Assembly: GCA_947630735.1 (NCBI GenBank)
Contig: CANRIR010000009.1
Coordinates: forward strand, 543 to 64,542
Direction: 5' to 3'
Length of the DNA stretch: 64,000 nucleotides
Origin: an uncultured Marvinbryantia sp.
GTDB lineage: Bacteria > Bacillota > Clostridia > Lachnospirales > Lachnospiraceae
Shown here: in pieces, positions 39,599 through 49,484 of the stretch
Position numbering within the stretch: the first letter of the stretch is position 1
How the letters are laid out: each line of letters begins with the position of its first letter
The notes under the pieces: generated by a model
The model's database searches: none
What the model saw: the letters and a program-made list of their open reading frames with translations, nothing else
Told to the model about the DNA's origin: nothing
Made by a program: the position numbers and the translations under genes

Positions 39599-40402
39599 TT
39601 ATTTTGAAAACAGGATGCGGTCGTTGTCGAGTTCCTTGCCCGCGCCCACGGAAAATTTTTCCAGCAGGCCGTCCACGGTAAGGCCGTCGCGCTCCGGTCC
39701 CTTGATGTCCAGCACAATCCTTCCGCTGTCCATCATCAGCGTGCGGTTCCCCAGATCCAGGGCCGAGTGCATGTTGTGGGTAATCATCAGGCAGGCCAGA
39801 TGGTTTTCCTCCACCACCTGCCGGGTCAGGTTCAGCACCTTCTCCGCCGTGGCGGGGTCCAGGGCCGCCGTGTGCTCATCCAGAAGAAGGATCTTTGGGG
39901 GCACCAGGGTCGCGGCCATCAGCAGGGTCAGCGCCTGGCGCTGTCCGCCGGAGAGCAGACCCACCGGCTGCTTCATGCGGTCCTCCAGGCCCATGCCCAG
40001 AAGCGAGAGACGCTCCCGGAACAGCTTGCGCTCCGACACGGAAATGCGGGAGAAGGGGGACTTTTTCTTGGAGGCCCGCAGATAGGCCAGCGCGAGGTTT
40101 TCCTCGATGGTCATATTGGGCGCGGTGCCCTTCATGGGATCCTGGAAAAGCCTGCCGATCTGGGTGGCGCGCTGGAAATCCGGCACGAATGTGATGTCCC
40201 GGTCGTCCAGCTCCACGCTCCCCTCGTCCGCGTAAAAGCTCCCCGCAATGCAGTTGAACAGGGTGGATTTTCCCGCGCCGTTGCTGCCGATGATGGTGGC
40301 AAATTCGCCGTCCTCCACCGTGAGGGATATGCCGTTGATGGCCACTTTCTCGTTGACCGTGCCGGGGTTGAAGGTCTTTTTCACATTGATCAGTCTCAGC
40401 AT
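39599..40402 (-). CDS. ABC transporter ATP-binding protein (TrpZ-like)
   Basis: GSNGAGKS, FQDPMKGT, LSGGQRQAL, LDEHTAALDP; start MLRL. Confidence 0.9.
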   Translation of the reverse strand: MLRLINVKKTFNPGTVNEKVAINGISLTVEDGEFATIIGSNGAGKSTLFNCIAGSFYADEGSVELDDRDITFVPDFQRATQIGRLFQDPMKGTAPNMTIEENLALAYLRASKKKSPFSRISVSERKLFRERLSLLGMGLEDRMKQPVGLLSGGQRQALTLLMAATLVPPKILLLDEHTAALDPATAEKVLNLTRQVVEENHLACLMITHNMHSALDLGNRTLMMDSGRIVLDIKGPERDGLTVDGLLEKFSVGAGKELDNDRILFSK

Positions 40403-41325
40403 GACTTTCCTCCCCTCCGCGCAGACATGGCCGCCATCTTGCGCTTCTGGAACGCCACGCGCTGTTTCAAATACGGCGCGGCGATCGCCACTGCCACAAT
40501 GACGGCGGACACCAGCTTTAAGCACTCCGCCGGCACGTGCAGCCGCAGGGCGATGGCCATGGCGAACCGGTACAGGCAGCTTCCCAGAATGACGCCCGCA
40601 ATGTGGCGCTTTATGGAACCCTTGCCGATCAGGGTTTCCCCGATGATCAGGCTTGCCAGGGCAATGGTCACCATGCCGGTGCCCAGGTTGATGTCGCACA
40701 TTTTCTGGTACTGTCCGATCAGGCAGCCGGAAAGGGCCGTCAGGGAGCCGGACAGGCAGAGCCCCACCGTCACGGTAAAGGCCGGGTTGATGCTGGAGGT
40801 CTTTACCATATCGGTGTTGTCCCCCGTGGCCCGGATGGACAGGCCCAGGCGGGTTCCCAGAAACCAGGCCAGAAGCACGCACACCACTGCAACAATGACA
40901 ATGGAGATGACCAGGCGGTACCAGGTGTTGCCGAGGGCGTCCTGGAACAGCGTGTACACGGTTTCCGCCTTAAAAATGGAGAGATTGGACGAAAAACCCA
41001 TCGCGGCCAGGTTGACCGTATACAGGCCCGTGTTCACGATGATGCCGGCCAGGATGGGCTCCACGCCCATCTTGGTCTGCAGCAGGGCCATGATAAAACC
41101 GGAGCCGACGCCTGCCAGCATGGATGCCGGCAGCGCCAGAATAGGATGTCCCATGATCGCCACCTGCGCCCCGACCGCGCAGCCCAACGTAAAACAGCCG
41201 TCCGTGGAAAGATCCGCGATTTTTAAGATGGAATAGCTTACAAACAGGGCCAGGGCGACCAGCGCGTAGATGAAGCCGAGCTCCAGCGCGCTGATCACAA
41301 CCGGCAGTGATAAAAGTGATCCCAT
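40396..41325 (-). CDS. ABC transporter permease (TrpY-like)
   Basis: ADLSTDG, GLSIRATGDN, LASLIIGE. Confidence 0.9.
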   Translation of the reverse strand: MGSLLSLPVVISALELGFIYALVALALFVSYSILKIADLSTDGCFTLGCAVGAQVAIMGHPILALPASMLAGVGSGFIMALLQTKMGVEPILAGIIVNTGLYTVNLAAMGFSSNLSIFKAETVYTLFQDALGNTWYRLVISIVIVAVVCVLLAWFLGTRLGLSIRATGDNTDMVKTSSINPAFTVTVGLCLSGSLTALSGCLIGQYQKMCDINLGTGMVTIALASLIIGETLIGKGSIKRHIAGVILGSCLYRFAMAIALRLHVPAECLKLVSAVIVAVAIAAPYLKQRVAFQKRKMAAMSARRGGKSC

Positions 41326-41344
41326 GATCCGCTCCTTTTATGGA

Positions 41345-42340
41345 TTAAAATTCTTCTGCCGTAACTGTCTCTTTCACTTCCGTGCAGACATCCGCAAAGC
41401 CGCTGTAATCGATGCCCAGCGCCTCCGCCGTCTCCGTGTTCACGGTGGCGATGCCGTTGTCAAAGGTCTGCACCGGAGTGGTGGCCGGGTCGCCGCCCGT
41501 CAGGATCTCCACGATCATATCCGCCGTGGCGGTGCCAAGGTTGGTGTAGTCCACGCCGTAGCCGCAGAACGCGCCGTTCAGCGCAAAGGAATCCGCGCCC
41601 GCGTAGTGGGGGATGCCCGCCTCGATGAATTTCTCATAGATGGCCAGCTCGGAGGTCATGATGGTGTTGTCGGACGGGGTAAAGATCGCGTCCACGCCGG
41701 CCGCTACCAGAGCGTCCGCCGCCTGCATAACCTCGGTGTTGTTGGTGCCTGTGGCCTCCACTACCTCAATGCCGTTTTCCTCGCAGAATGCCTTCGCGTC
41801 CGCAACCGGCTGCTTGGAGGCGTCCTCGGACTGGCTGTACAGAAGGCCGATGGATTTAAGATCCGGGTTTGCAATGAGCATCAATTTCAGGATCGCCGCG
41901 GTGTCCAGGGCATCGCTGGTGCCGGTAATGTTCGCACCCGGCTCCTCCATGGACGCCACGAGGGCCGCGCCCACCGGATCCGACACGGCGGAGAATACCA
42001 CCGGGATCTGGTTGTCTTCCGTGGCTGTCTGCACGATCTGCGCCGCCGGTGTGGCGATGGGAACGATCACATCCACCTCATCCGCGATCATCTGCGCCGC
42101 GATCTGGGTTAAGAGCGTGCCGTCCGCCTGGCCGTTCTGAAGCTGGCAGGTGTACGTGTTTTCCCCATCCGCGGACACCTCCGCCAGACGGGCCTCGATA
42201 GCTTCCTCGATCTGATTGAGGGAAGCGTCGTCCACAAACTGGATGATGCCCACTTTGAAGTCCTCCGCCATCGCGGTCCCAGCCATCATGGCTGCCGCCG
42301 CCAGAGCCGCCGCTGCGCTTGCCAATACTTTTCTTTTCAT
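41345..42340 (-). CDS. ABC transporter substrate-binding protein, probably tryptophan (TrpX-like)
   Basis: Signal peptide; IATPAAQ, VFSAVSDP, NITGTSD; Trp T-box upstream. Confidence 0.87.
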   Translation of the reverse strand: MKRKVLASAAAALAAAAMMAGTAMAEDFKVGIIQFVDDASLNQIEEAIEARLAEVSADGENTYTCQLQNGQADGTLLTQIAAQMIADEVDVIVPIATPAAQIVQTATEDNQIPVVFSAVSDPVGAALVASMEEPGANITGTSDALDTAAILKLMLIANPDLKSIGLLYSQSEDASKQPVADAKAFCEENGIEVVEATGTNNTEVMQAADALVAAGVDAIFTPSDNTIMTSELAIYEKFIEAGIPHYAGADSFALNGAFCGYGVDYTNLGTATADMIVEILTGGDPATTPVQTFDNGIATVNTETAEALGIDYSGFADVCTEVKETVTAEEF

Positions 42341-42439
42341 AATTTTCCTCTCCTTTTTTCTATATATTTAAACCATGGTGCCATGGTTTAATGCAGCATA
42401 GACCGGGCGTGAAAATTCTTTCCTGCCCGCCGCGCGGTC

Positions 42440-42705
42440 CGCAAAAAAACCGTCCCAAACAATTCCTTGTCTGAGACGGTAATAAACAGGTTTATTATCG
42501 CGGTACCACTCAACTTAACGTCAAACGTCCACTCTGCATGTACATTCATACACTCCTGATTGATAACGGGTTCGGTTCCCGGCAGGGATTAGCTGCCCTC
42601 GAAAGTCCATTCAGCAAACGCGTCCATACCGCAATCCCACCGCCTGCGGCTCTCTGTGATCTCCGTCAGATGCCTACTCTTCTTTCTCGTCGGTTTTGCT
42701 CTGAT
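42440..42705 (-). ncRNA. T-box riboswitch, Trp specifier
   Basis: AGAGA in stem I, GAA-UGG specifier (42609-42607), AGUA and CCGUUA elements, GAGUGGUACCGCG T-box (42508-42502), terminator with U-run at 42480-42443. Confidence 0.88.
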
Positions 42706-42712
42706 ATTCAAG

Positions 42713-42741
42713 AGTTTAGCACGCTAAAGTGCTTTTGTCAA
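42713..42741 (-). promoter_or_regulatory. sigmaA promoter of T-box/ABC operon
   Basis: TTGACA-N17-TAAACT with extended TG. Confidence 0.8.
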
Positions 42742-42745
42742 CTGG

Positions 42746-42779
42746 AAAATGTCACGCACTATGTGCGTGACATTTTTTC
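42746..42779 (-). terminator. Intrinsic terminator after rpsU
   Basis: AAAATGTCACGCAC-TAT-GTGCGTGACATTTT perfect stem. Confidence 0.85.
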
Positions 42780-42781
42780 CG

Positions 42782-42958
42782 CTAGTTGAATTTACGCTTG
42801 CGAGCGGCTTCGGATTTCTTTTTGCGTCTTACGCTCGGCTTTTCGTAATGTTCTCTTTTACGAATTTCCTGCTGAATACCAGCCTTTGCGCAGTTTCTTT
42901 TGAAACGGCGTAAAGCGCTGTCCAAAGTCTCGTTTTCTTTCACGATTACATTCGACAT
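42782..42958 (-). CDS. rpsU: 30S ribosomal protein S21 (58 aa, not in ORF track)
   Basis: [58 protein letters not shown]. Confidence 0.97.
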   Translation of the reverse strand: MSNVIVKENETLDSALRRFKRNCAKAGIQQEIRKREHYEKPSVRRKKKSEAARKRKFN

Positions 42959-43034
42959 AGTCTCACACCCAACCTCCCTCCAGTTGTAGATTGTGCAGAA
43001 TACAACTGTGGGTATTTTTTATTGCACTAGGGTT

Positions 43035-43063
43035 ATTATACCCACTTTGTCTCTATCCGTCAA
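43035..43063 (-). promoter_or_regulatory. sigmaA promoter of rpsU
   Basis: TTGACG-N17-TATAAT. Confidence 0.78.
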
Positions 43064-43091
43064 GTAATTTTCGTACAATTTACAACAATTC

Positions 43092-45731
43092 TTACGAAAT
43101 CTGACCTTCCAGCACTTCCGCGGCCTTTGCGAGCGCATCGTCCACGCCCGCCGGGTTTTTGCCGCCGGCCTGCGCCATGTTGGGGCGTCCGCCCCCGCCG
43201 CCTCCCACAAGGGCTGCGATGCCTTTGATCAGGTTGCCCGCGTGGGCCCCCTTCTTCTGCGCGCCGTCCGTGGCCATGGCGATCAGGTTCACTCTCCCGT
43301 CCGCCACCGAGGCCAGCACGATCACGCCCTCGCCCAGCTTTTCTTTCAGCTGGTCGCCCAGGTCGCGCAGGCCGTTCATGTCCACGCCCTCCATTTTGGC
43401 GGGCAGGAACCGCACGCCGCGGATCTCTTTTACGTTGTCCATCACATCACCCAGCGCGTCCTTGGCCAGACGGCTCTTTAGGGACTCCACTTCGCTCTGC
43501 GCCGCCTTCAGCTCCTCGGTGAGGTGGTGCAGGCGCTCCAGCAGTGTGGCCGGCGTGGCCTTTACCGCCTTTGCGGCCTCCGCAAGCTGTTCCTCCACAT
43601 GATGGTAATAGGCAAACACGCCGTCGCCGGTCAGCGCCTCGATGCGGCGCACGCCCGCCGCGATGCCCGACTCGGAGAGGATCTTAAAGGTGGTGATCAC
43701 GCCGGTGTTGGCCACATGGGTGCCGCCGCAGAGCTCCTTGGAAAAGTCGCCCATGGACACCACGCGCACGTCGTCGGCGTATTTTTCGCCGAACAGCGCC
43801 ATGGCCCCCGTCTTCTTGGCCTCCTCTATATTCATTACCTGGGTGTTTACCGGCAGGGCCGCACGGATCTGCTCATTGACCAGGGCCTCCGTCCTGGCAA
43901 TCTCCTCCGCCGTCATGGGCGCGAAATGCGCGAAGTCAAACCGCAGCCTGTCCGGCGTTACCAAGGAACCCTTCTGCTCCACATGGTTTCCCAGCACCGT
44001 GCGCAGGGCCTTCTGCAGAAGGTGCGTGGCGCTGTGGTTTTTGCAGGTGTCCTGGCGCTTCCCGGGATCCACTTCCAGTGTGACGGTATCTCCCACCTTA
44101 AACATACCCTTTGTGACGCGGCCCACATGGCCCACCTTGCCGCCCAGCAGCTTGATGGTGTCCTCCACGGCAAACTCCGCGTCGGCCGTGCGGATGACGC
44201 CGGTGTCGCCCTCCTGTCCGCCCATGGTGGCGTAGAACGGGGTCTCCTCCACAAAGATGGTCCCGGCCTCCCCGTCGGAGATGGCCTCCGTGATCTCTTT
44301 GTCCGTGGTCAGCACGGTAATCTTAGAATCGCACGCAAGGGTGTCGTACCCCACGAATTTCGTGGTAATGGACGGGTCGATCTCATCGTAGACCGTGGCG
44401 TCGGCGCCCATATAGTTGGTAACCTCCCGGGCGTTCCGCGCCTTGGTGCGCTGTTCCTCCATGGCGGCCTGGAAGCCGGCCTCGTCGATGGAGTAGCCTT
44501 TCTCCTCCAGGATCTCTTTTGTGAGGTCTAAGGGGAACCCATAGGTGTCGTACAGGGTAAAGGCGTCGGCCCCGGCCAGGGTTTTCTCCCCCGCCGCTTC
44601 CATCCTGCTCTCCATGCCGGCCAGGATGCTCAAGCCCTGGTCGATGGTCTTGTTGAATTTGTCCTCCTCCTGCGCCAGCACCTTGAAGATGAAATCTTTC
44701 TTTTCCTCCAGCTCCGGATAACCGTCCTTCGAGCCCTCGATCACGGTGGCGGAGAGCTGGGACAGGAATCTGCCCGGTATGCCCAAAAGCCTTCCGTGGC
44801 GCGCCGCGCGGCGGATCAGGCGGCGGAGCACATAGCCCCTGCCCTCGTTGGTGGGCATGATGCCGTCCGAGATCATAAAGGTGGCGGAACGGATGTGGTC
44901 GGTGATCAGGCGGATGGAGACGTCCTTGTTTTCATCCGTCTTGTACTGCACGCTGGCAAATTCGCAGACCTTATCCCGCAGGGACTTGATGGTGTCCACG
45001 TCGAAGATGGAGTCCACGTCCTGCACCACAACGGCCAGGCGCTCCAGGCCCATGCCGGTGTCGATGTTCTTCTGCTTCAGCTCCTCGTAGTGGCCCTCGC
45101 CGTCGTTCTCAAACTGCGTGAACACGTCGTTCCACACTTCCATGTAGCGGTCGCAGTCGCAGCCCACCGTGCAGCCGGGCTTGCCGCAGCCGTATTTCTC
45201 GCCGCGGTCGTAGTAGACTTCCGAGCACGGACCGCAGGGTCCCGCGCCGTGCTCCCAGAAATTGTCCTCCTTGCCGAAGCGGAAGATCCGCTCCGCCGGG
45301 ATGCCGATCTGCTTGTTCCAGATCTCAAACGCCTCGTCGTCCTCCAGATACACGGAAGGGTACAGGCGGTCTTTATCGAGGCCCACCACCTCCGTGAGAA
45401 ATTCCCAGGTCCAGGAGATGGCCTCTTTTTTAAAGTAATCGCCGAAGGAAAAGTTTCCCAGCATCTCAAAGAACGTGCCGTGGCGCGCCGTCTTTCCCAC
45501 ATTTTCGATATCGCCCGTGCGGATGCACTTCTGGCAGGTGGTCACACGCCTTCTGGGCGGGATCTCCGCCCCCGTAAAATACGGCTTTAACGGCGCCATG
45601 CCGGAATTGATGAGCAGCAGGCTCTTGTCGTTGTGCGGCACCAGCGAAAAGCTCTTCATGATCAGGTGCTCTTTACTCTGGAAAAATTCCAGGAACATTT
45701 TCCTAAGCTCGTTTACTCCATACTGTTTCAC
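43092..45731 (-). CDS. alaS: Alanine-tRNA ligase
   Basis: FFEMLGNFSFGDYFK, IDTGMGLER, HSATH, ELCGGTH, GGGGGGRP. Confidence 0.98.
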   Translation of the reverse strand: MKQYGVNELRKMFLEFFQSKEHLIMKSFSLVPHNDKSLLLINSGMAPLKPYFTGAEIPPRRRVTTCQKCIRTGDIENVGKTARHGTFFEMLGNFSFGDYFKKEAISWTWEFLTEVVGLDKDRLYPSVYLEDDEAFEIWNKQIGIPAERIFRFGKEDNFWEHGAGPCGPCSEVYYDRGEKYGCGKPGCTVGCDCDRYMEVWNDVFTQFENDGEGHYEELKQKNIDTGMGLERLAVVVQDVDSIFDVDTIKSLRDKVCEFASVQYKTDENKDVSIRLITDHIRSATFMISDGIMPTNEGRGYVLRRLIRRAARHGRLLGIPGRFLSQLSATVIEGSKDGYPELEEKKDFIFKVLAQEEDKFNKTIDQGLSILAGMESRMEAAGEKTLAGADAFTLYDTYGFPLDLTKEILEEKGYSIDEAGFQAAMEEQRTKARNAREVTNYMGADATVYDEIDPSITTKFVGYDTLACDSKITVLTTDKEITEAISDGEAGTIFVEETPFYATMGGQEGDTGVIRTADAEFAVEDTIKLLGGKVGHVGRVTKGMFKVGDTVTLEVDPGKRQDTCKNHSATHLLQKALRTVLGNHVEQKGSLVTPDRLRFDFAHFAPMTAEEIARTEALVNEQIRAALPVNTQVMNIEEAKKTGAMALFGEKYADDVRVVSMGDFSKELCGGTHVANTGVITTFKILSESGIAAGVRRIEALTGDGVFAYYHHVEEQLAEAAKAVKATPATLLERLHHLTEELKAAQSEVESLKSRLAKDALGDVMDNVKEIRGVRFLPAKMEGVDMNGLRDLGDQLKEKLGEGVIVLASVADGRVNLIAMATDGAQKKGAHAGNLIKGIAALVGGGGGGRPNMAQAGGKNPAGVDDALAKAAEVLEGQIS

Positions 45732-45759
45732 AATCGTTCCTCCTAAAGATATGTCCGGT

Positions 45760-45885
45760 TTATTTTTCTTCCTTCTTCTGTTTGCGCACGCGCAGTTCCT
45801 TCCCCAGGAAGATGCCGAGAACGGCCACCGCGCCCACCAGGATCATTTTTACGATCATTTGGATCAGATAAGATAAAAATGCCAT
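45760..45885 (-). CDS. Small single-pass membrane protein, 41 aa (not in ORF track)
   Basis: MAFLSYLIQMIVKMILVGAVAVLGIFLGKELRVRKQKKEEK; AGGAGGT SD; fills the tyrS-alaS gap. Confidence 0.75.
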   Translation of the reverse strand: MAFLSYLIQMIVKMILVGAVAVLGIFLGKELRVRKQKKEEK

Positions 45886-45895
45886 TGCGTACCTC

Positions 45896-47122
45896 CTATT
45901 TAACCTTGATCAGATGGTAGCCTTTCTTGCCCTTCTTGAGCAGCAGCGCCCCGTCCGCGTCCAGATCCGCGCAGGTAAACACGCGGTCGATGGCCGTCAC
46001 CTTCTCCTCGTTGGCCGTGACGCCGCCCTGCTGCACCAGCCTTCTGGCCTCGGAGCGGCTCGCCGCCAGGCCCGTCTCCACAAGGAGGCTCAGGATGTCT
46101 TTTCCTGCGTCCAGATCCGCTTTTTCGTAGGCGGTGGTGGGGACATTCTCGCTCTTTGCGCCGCCCGCGAACAGAGCTTTCGCCGCGTCCTGCGCTTTTT
46201 TCGCTTCGTCCTCGCCGTGCACCAGCTTGGTCAGCTCGTAGGCCAGGATCTCCTTCGCCTGGTTCAGCTGGCTGCCCTCCCAGGAATCCATCGCGTTGAT
46301 CTCCTCCAGGGGCAGGAACGTGAGCATGCGGATGCATTTCAGCACGTCCGCGTCCGCCACGTTGCGCCAGTACTGGTAGAACTCGTAGGGGGACGTCTTT
46401 TCGGGATCCAGCCACACCGCGCCGGACTGGGTCTTGCCCATCTTTTTGCCCTCGGAATTTAAGAGCAGGGTGATGGTCATGGCGTGAGCGTCCTTGCCGA
46501 GCTTGCGCCGGATCAGCTCCGTGCCGCCCAGCATATTGCTCCACTGGTCGTCGCCGCCGAACTGCATGTTGCAGCCGTAGCGCTCATACAGCTGCAGGAA
46601 ATCGTAGCTCTGCATAATCATATAGTTGAACTCCAGGAAGCTTAAGCCCTTCTCCATGCGCTGCTTGTAGCACTCCGCCGTCAGCATGCGGTTGACGGAG
46701 AAATGGGGCCCCACATCCCGCAGAAATTCAATATAATTGAGATTGGCCAGCCAGTCGGCGTTGTTGACCAGGATGGCCTTGTCCTCGCCGAACTCGATAA
46801 AGCGGCTCATCTGCTTTTTGAAGCATTCAATGTTGTGGTTGATGGTCTCCACGGTCAGCATCTTCCGCATGTCGCTGCGGCCGGAAGGATCGCCCACCAT
46901 GCCGGTGCCGCCGCCCAAGAGGGCGATGGGACGGTTCCCAGCCATCTGCAGGCGCTTCATCAGGCAGAGCGCCATAAAATGACCCACGTGCAGGCTGTCC
47001 GCCGTGGGATCAAATCCAATATAAAAAGTGGCCTTTCCCTCGTTGACCAGCTTTCGGATCTCTTCTTCGTTGGTAACCTGCGCGATCAATCCGCGTGCCA
47101 CAAGTTCTTCATAAATACCCAT
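45896..47122 (-). CDS. tyrS: Tyrosine-tRNA ligase (start uncertain)
   Basis: [27 protein letters not shown]-terminal S4-like domain. Confidence 0.97.
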   Translation of the reverse strand: MGIYEELVARGLIAQVTNEEEIRKLVNEGKATFYIGFDPTADSLHVGHFMALCLMKRLQMAGNRPIALLGGGTGMVGDPSGRSDMRKMLTVETINHNIECFKKQMSRFIEFGEDKAILVNNADWLANLNYIEFLRDVGPHFSVNRMLTAECYKQRMEKGLSFLEFNYMIMQSYDFLQLYERYGCNMQFGGDDQWSNMLGGTELIRRKLGKDAHAMTITLLLNSEGKKMGKTQSGAVWLDPEKTSPYEFYQYWRNVADADVLKCIRMLTFLPLEEINAMDSWEGSQLNQAKEILAYELTKLVHGEDEAKKAQDAAKALFAGGAKSENVPTTAYEKADLDAGKDILSLLVETGLAASRSEARRLVQQGGVTANEEKVTAIDRVFTCADLDADGALLLKKGKKGYHLIKVK

Positions 47123-47288
47123 GTTCTGTACCGTGCCGCAGGCCTGGTGCCATCTGTGACGCTGTTTTTGCGGCACAAATGAAGATTGCAGAATGACCCG
47201 CAGCTTTTCTTCCTTTCTTCCATCAAAAATTTTTCAGTCTTCGCTCTTTCGGCCCTTTTTTCTTTTCTATAACAAAATCTACCTATCG

Positions 47289-47317
47289 AATATACCATGC
47301 CTGTCCGCCAAATGCAA
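47289..47317 (-). promoter_or_regulatory. sigmaA-like promoter of tyrS
   Basis: TTGCAT-N17-TATATT with TG extension. Confidence 0.55.
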
Positions 47318-47422
47318 GCGCTGGTTGCGGTTCCGGCGGTAAAATTTGAACCGCGGGAATTTAATGCTGGCTTTTTATCCGCACTTGCGTTATACTATTA
47401 AATTGTTGAAGGAGGATAAGCT

Positions 47423-48457
47423 ATGAGTTTTCAGTTTGTAAAGAAGCTGCCCATCCCGGCAGAGATAAAAAAACAGCTCCCGATCTCCGAGCGGGCCGCT
47501 GCGATAAAAGCGCAAAGAGACGCCGAGATCAAAGACGTCTTTACCGGCGCATCTAAAAAATTTCTGGTGATCATCGGCCCCTGCTCCGCGGACCACGAGG
47601 ACTCCGTGATGGAGTATGTGCACCGTCTCGCAAAGGTGCAGGACAAAGTGGGCGACCGGGTGATCCTGATCCCCCGCATCTACACCAGCAAGCCGCGCAC
47701 CACAGGCGAGGGCTACAAGGGCATGATGCACCAGCCGGATCCGGAGAAAAAACCGGACGCCCTGGCGGGGCTCACCGCCATCCGCAAGCTGCACCTGCGC
47801 GTCATCGAGGAGACCGGGCTCACCTCCGCGGACGAGATGCTCTACCCGGAGAATTACTGGTACCTGGTGGATGTGCTCTCCTACGTGGCCATCGGGGCAC
47901 GCTCCGTGGAGGACCAGCACCACCGCATGACCACCAGCGGCATGGATGTGCCGGCCGGCATGAAAAACCCCACCAGCGGAGATCTCTCTGTCATGCTGAA
48001 CTCCGTGGTGGCGGCACAAAACGCTCATGATTTTATCTACCGCGGCTGGGAAGTGTCCACCAACGGGAACCCGCTGGCCCACGTGATCCTGCGGGGAGCC
48101 ACAAACAAATACGGCAATTCCATCCCGAACTATCACTATGAGGATCTGATCCGCCTGCTGCACATGTATGACCAGCGCGAGCTCTCCTGCCCTGCGGCGG
48201 TCATCGACACCAACCACTCCAATTCCAATAAGCAGTACGAGGAACAGCCCCGCATCGTGAAAGAAGTCATGCACAGCCGCAGCCTGAACCCGCGCCTGCA
48301 CGACCTGATCAAGGGCGTGATGGTGGAGAGCTACCTGGAGCCGGGCAACCAGAAGATCGGCTGCGAGAAGCACATTTTCGGAAAATCCATCACAGATCCC
48401 TGCCTGGGCTGGGACGACTCCGAGCAGCTGATCTACGATATCTATCATATGTGCTGA
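47423..48457 (+). CDS. aroF: 3-deoxy-7-phosphoheptulonate (DAHP) synthase, type I-alpha
   Basis: IGPCS, KPRT, IGARS, MKN, HVILRG, SITDPC. Confidence 0.92.
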   Translation: MSFQFVKKLPIPAEIKKQLPISERAAAIKAQRDAEIKDVFTGASKKFLVIIGPCSADHEDSVMEYVHRLAKVQDKVGDRVILIPRIYTSKPRTTGEGYKGMMHQPDPEKKPDALAGLTAIRKLHLRVIEETGLTSADEMLYPENYWYLVDVLSYVAIGARSVEDQHHRMTTSGMDVPAGMKNPTSGDLSVMLNSVVAAQNAHDFIYRGWEVSTNGNPLAHVILRGATNKYGNSIPNYHYEDLIRLLHMYDQRELSCPAAVIDTNHSNSNKQYEEQPRIVKEVMHSRSLNPRLHDLIKGVMVESYLEPGNQKIGCEKHIFGKSITDPCLGWDDSEQLIYDIYHMC

Positions 48458-48460
48458 CCG

Positions 48461-49375
48461 TTATCTTCTTGGATGGGCCTTCCGGTAGATCTCCCGCACT
48501 CTCTTAACATTCATATCCAGATATACCTGCGTGGTGGAGATATCGGAATGCCCCATCATCTCCTGCACGGCACGCAGATCTGCTCCGTTCTGCACCAGAT
48601 GCGCCCCGAAAGAGTGGCGCAGGGTGTGGGGCGTGATGTCCTTGGTGATGCCGGCGCTTCCCGCGTACTGCTTGAGCAGTTTCCAGAAGCCCTGGCGGCT
48701 CATGCCTTTTCCCGAACAGTTCGTAAAGAAATATTCACTCTCCTGGTCTTTCAGAAGGGATCCGCGTCCCTCCTCCAGATAGCGCTTCAGGGCTTTGGAG
48801 GCTTCGGTGCCGAAGGGAATGACGCGCTCCCTGCTCCCGTCGCGGCAGGTCACGTAACTCATCTGGATGTTCACATCCTCCGTCTTCAGCGAGATCAGCT
48901 CCGATACCCGCATGCCGGTGGCGTACAGAAGCTCCAGCATCGCCTTATCGCGGATACCCTTTGCGCCGCTGCCGTCTGGCTGGTCCAGAAGCTGCGCAAC
49001 CTCTTCCACGGTGAGGATCTCCGGCGCCTTTTTTTCCACATGCGGCGGGCGGAGCGTCTCGCTGGGATCGTCCGAGATGATCTTTTTCTTGTACAGATAG
49101 TGGCAGAACGCCCGTGTCGACGCAATGGATCTGGACACGGACGCGGTGGAGAACCCCTCCCGCTCCATCTGCAGGATATAGGCGTTCAGATTGGTGGCCG
49201 TGATATCCTGCACGCGCTCAACGCCTCTTTTTTCCAGATAGGTGAACAGCTTTTTCAGATCTCTCTGATAAGACATCACCGTGCTGTTGGACGCGTTTTT
49301 CTCTTTTTCTAAATAACTCACAAACTTCCTCAAATCTTCCTGGATCTGGGGAGCAATACTTTTGTTCACTGTCAT
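48461..49375 (-). CDS. xerD: Site-specific tyrosine recombinase XerD
   Basis: RDKAMLELLYATGMRVSEL, SRQGFWK, PHTLRHSF, MMGHSDISTTQVY; spoIIM-xerD order. Confidence 0.92.
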   Translation of the reverse strand: MTVNKSIAPQIQEDLRKFVSYLEKEKNASNSTVMSYQRDLKKLFTYLEKRGVERVQDITATNLNAYILQMEREGFSTASVSRSIASTRAFCHYLYKKKIISDDPSETLRPPHVEKKAPEILTVEEVAQLLDQPDGSGAKGIRDKAMLELLYATGMRVSELISLKTEDVNIQMSYVTCRDGSRERVIPFGTEASKALKRYLEEGRGSLLKDQESEYFFTNCSGKGMSRQGFWKLLKQYAGSAGITKDITPHTLRHSFGAHLVQNGADLRAVQEMMGHSDISTTQVYLDMNVKRVREIYRKAHPRR

Positions 49376-49431
49376 ACCTTTTATTTCTCATCTTTCCTGT
49401 GTACTGCCCAGGCCGTCCTATTTTTGCGCAC

Positions 49432-49484
49432 AAAAAAGGAGGGCTTCCCGTCCCCTTTTAATTCTCCCCAGAATTAAATTTATG
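49432..49484 (-). ncRNA. Candidate short RNA or attenuator (hairpin plus intrinsic terminator)
   Basis: TTGATT-N17-TATAAT promoter (49518-49490), then UUUAAUUCU-GGGG-AGAAUUAAA hairpin and a GC stem followed by U6. Confidence 0.45.

Noticed and set aside
47140-47156. UGGCACC in the tyrS leader as a T-box bulge
   Set aside because: No stem I or Tyr specifier and no following terminator; the variable base does not match the tRNA-Tyr discriminator.
48461-49375. Tyrosine recombinase as a prophage or ICE integrase
   Set aside because: Typical XerD motifs in the conserved spoIIM-xerD context, with no mobile genes nearby.
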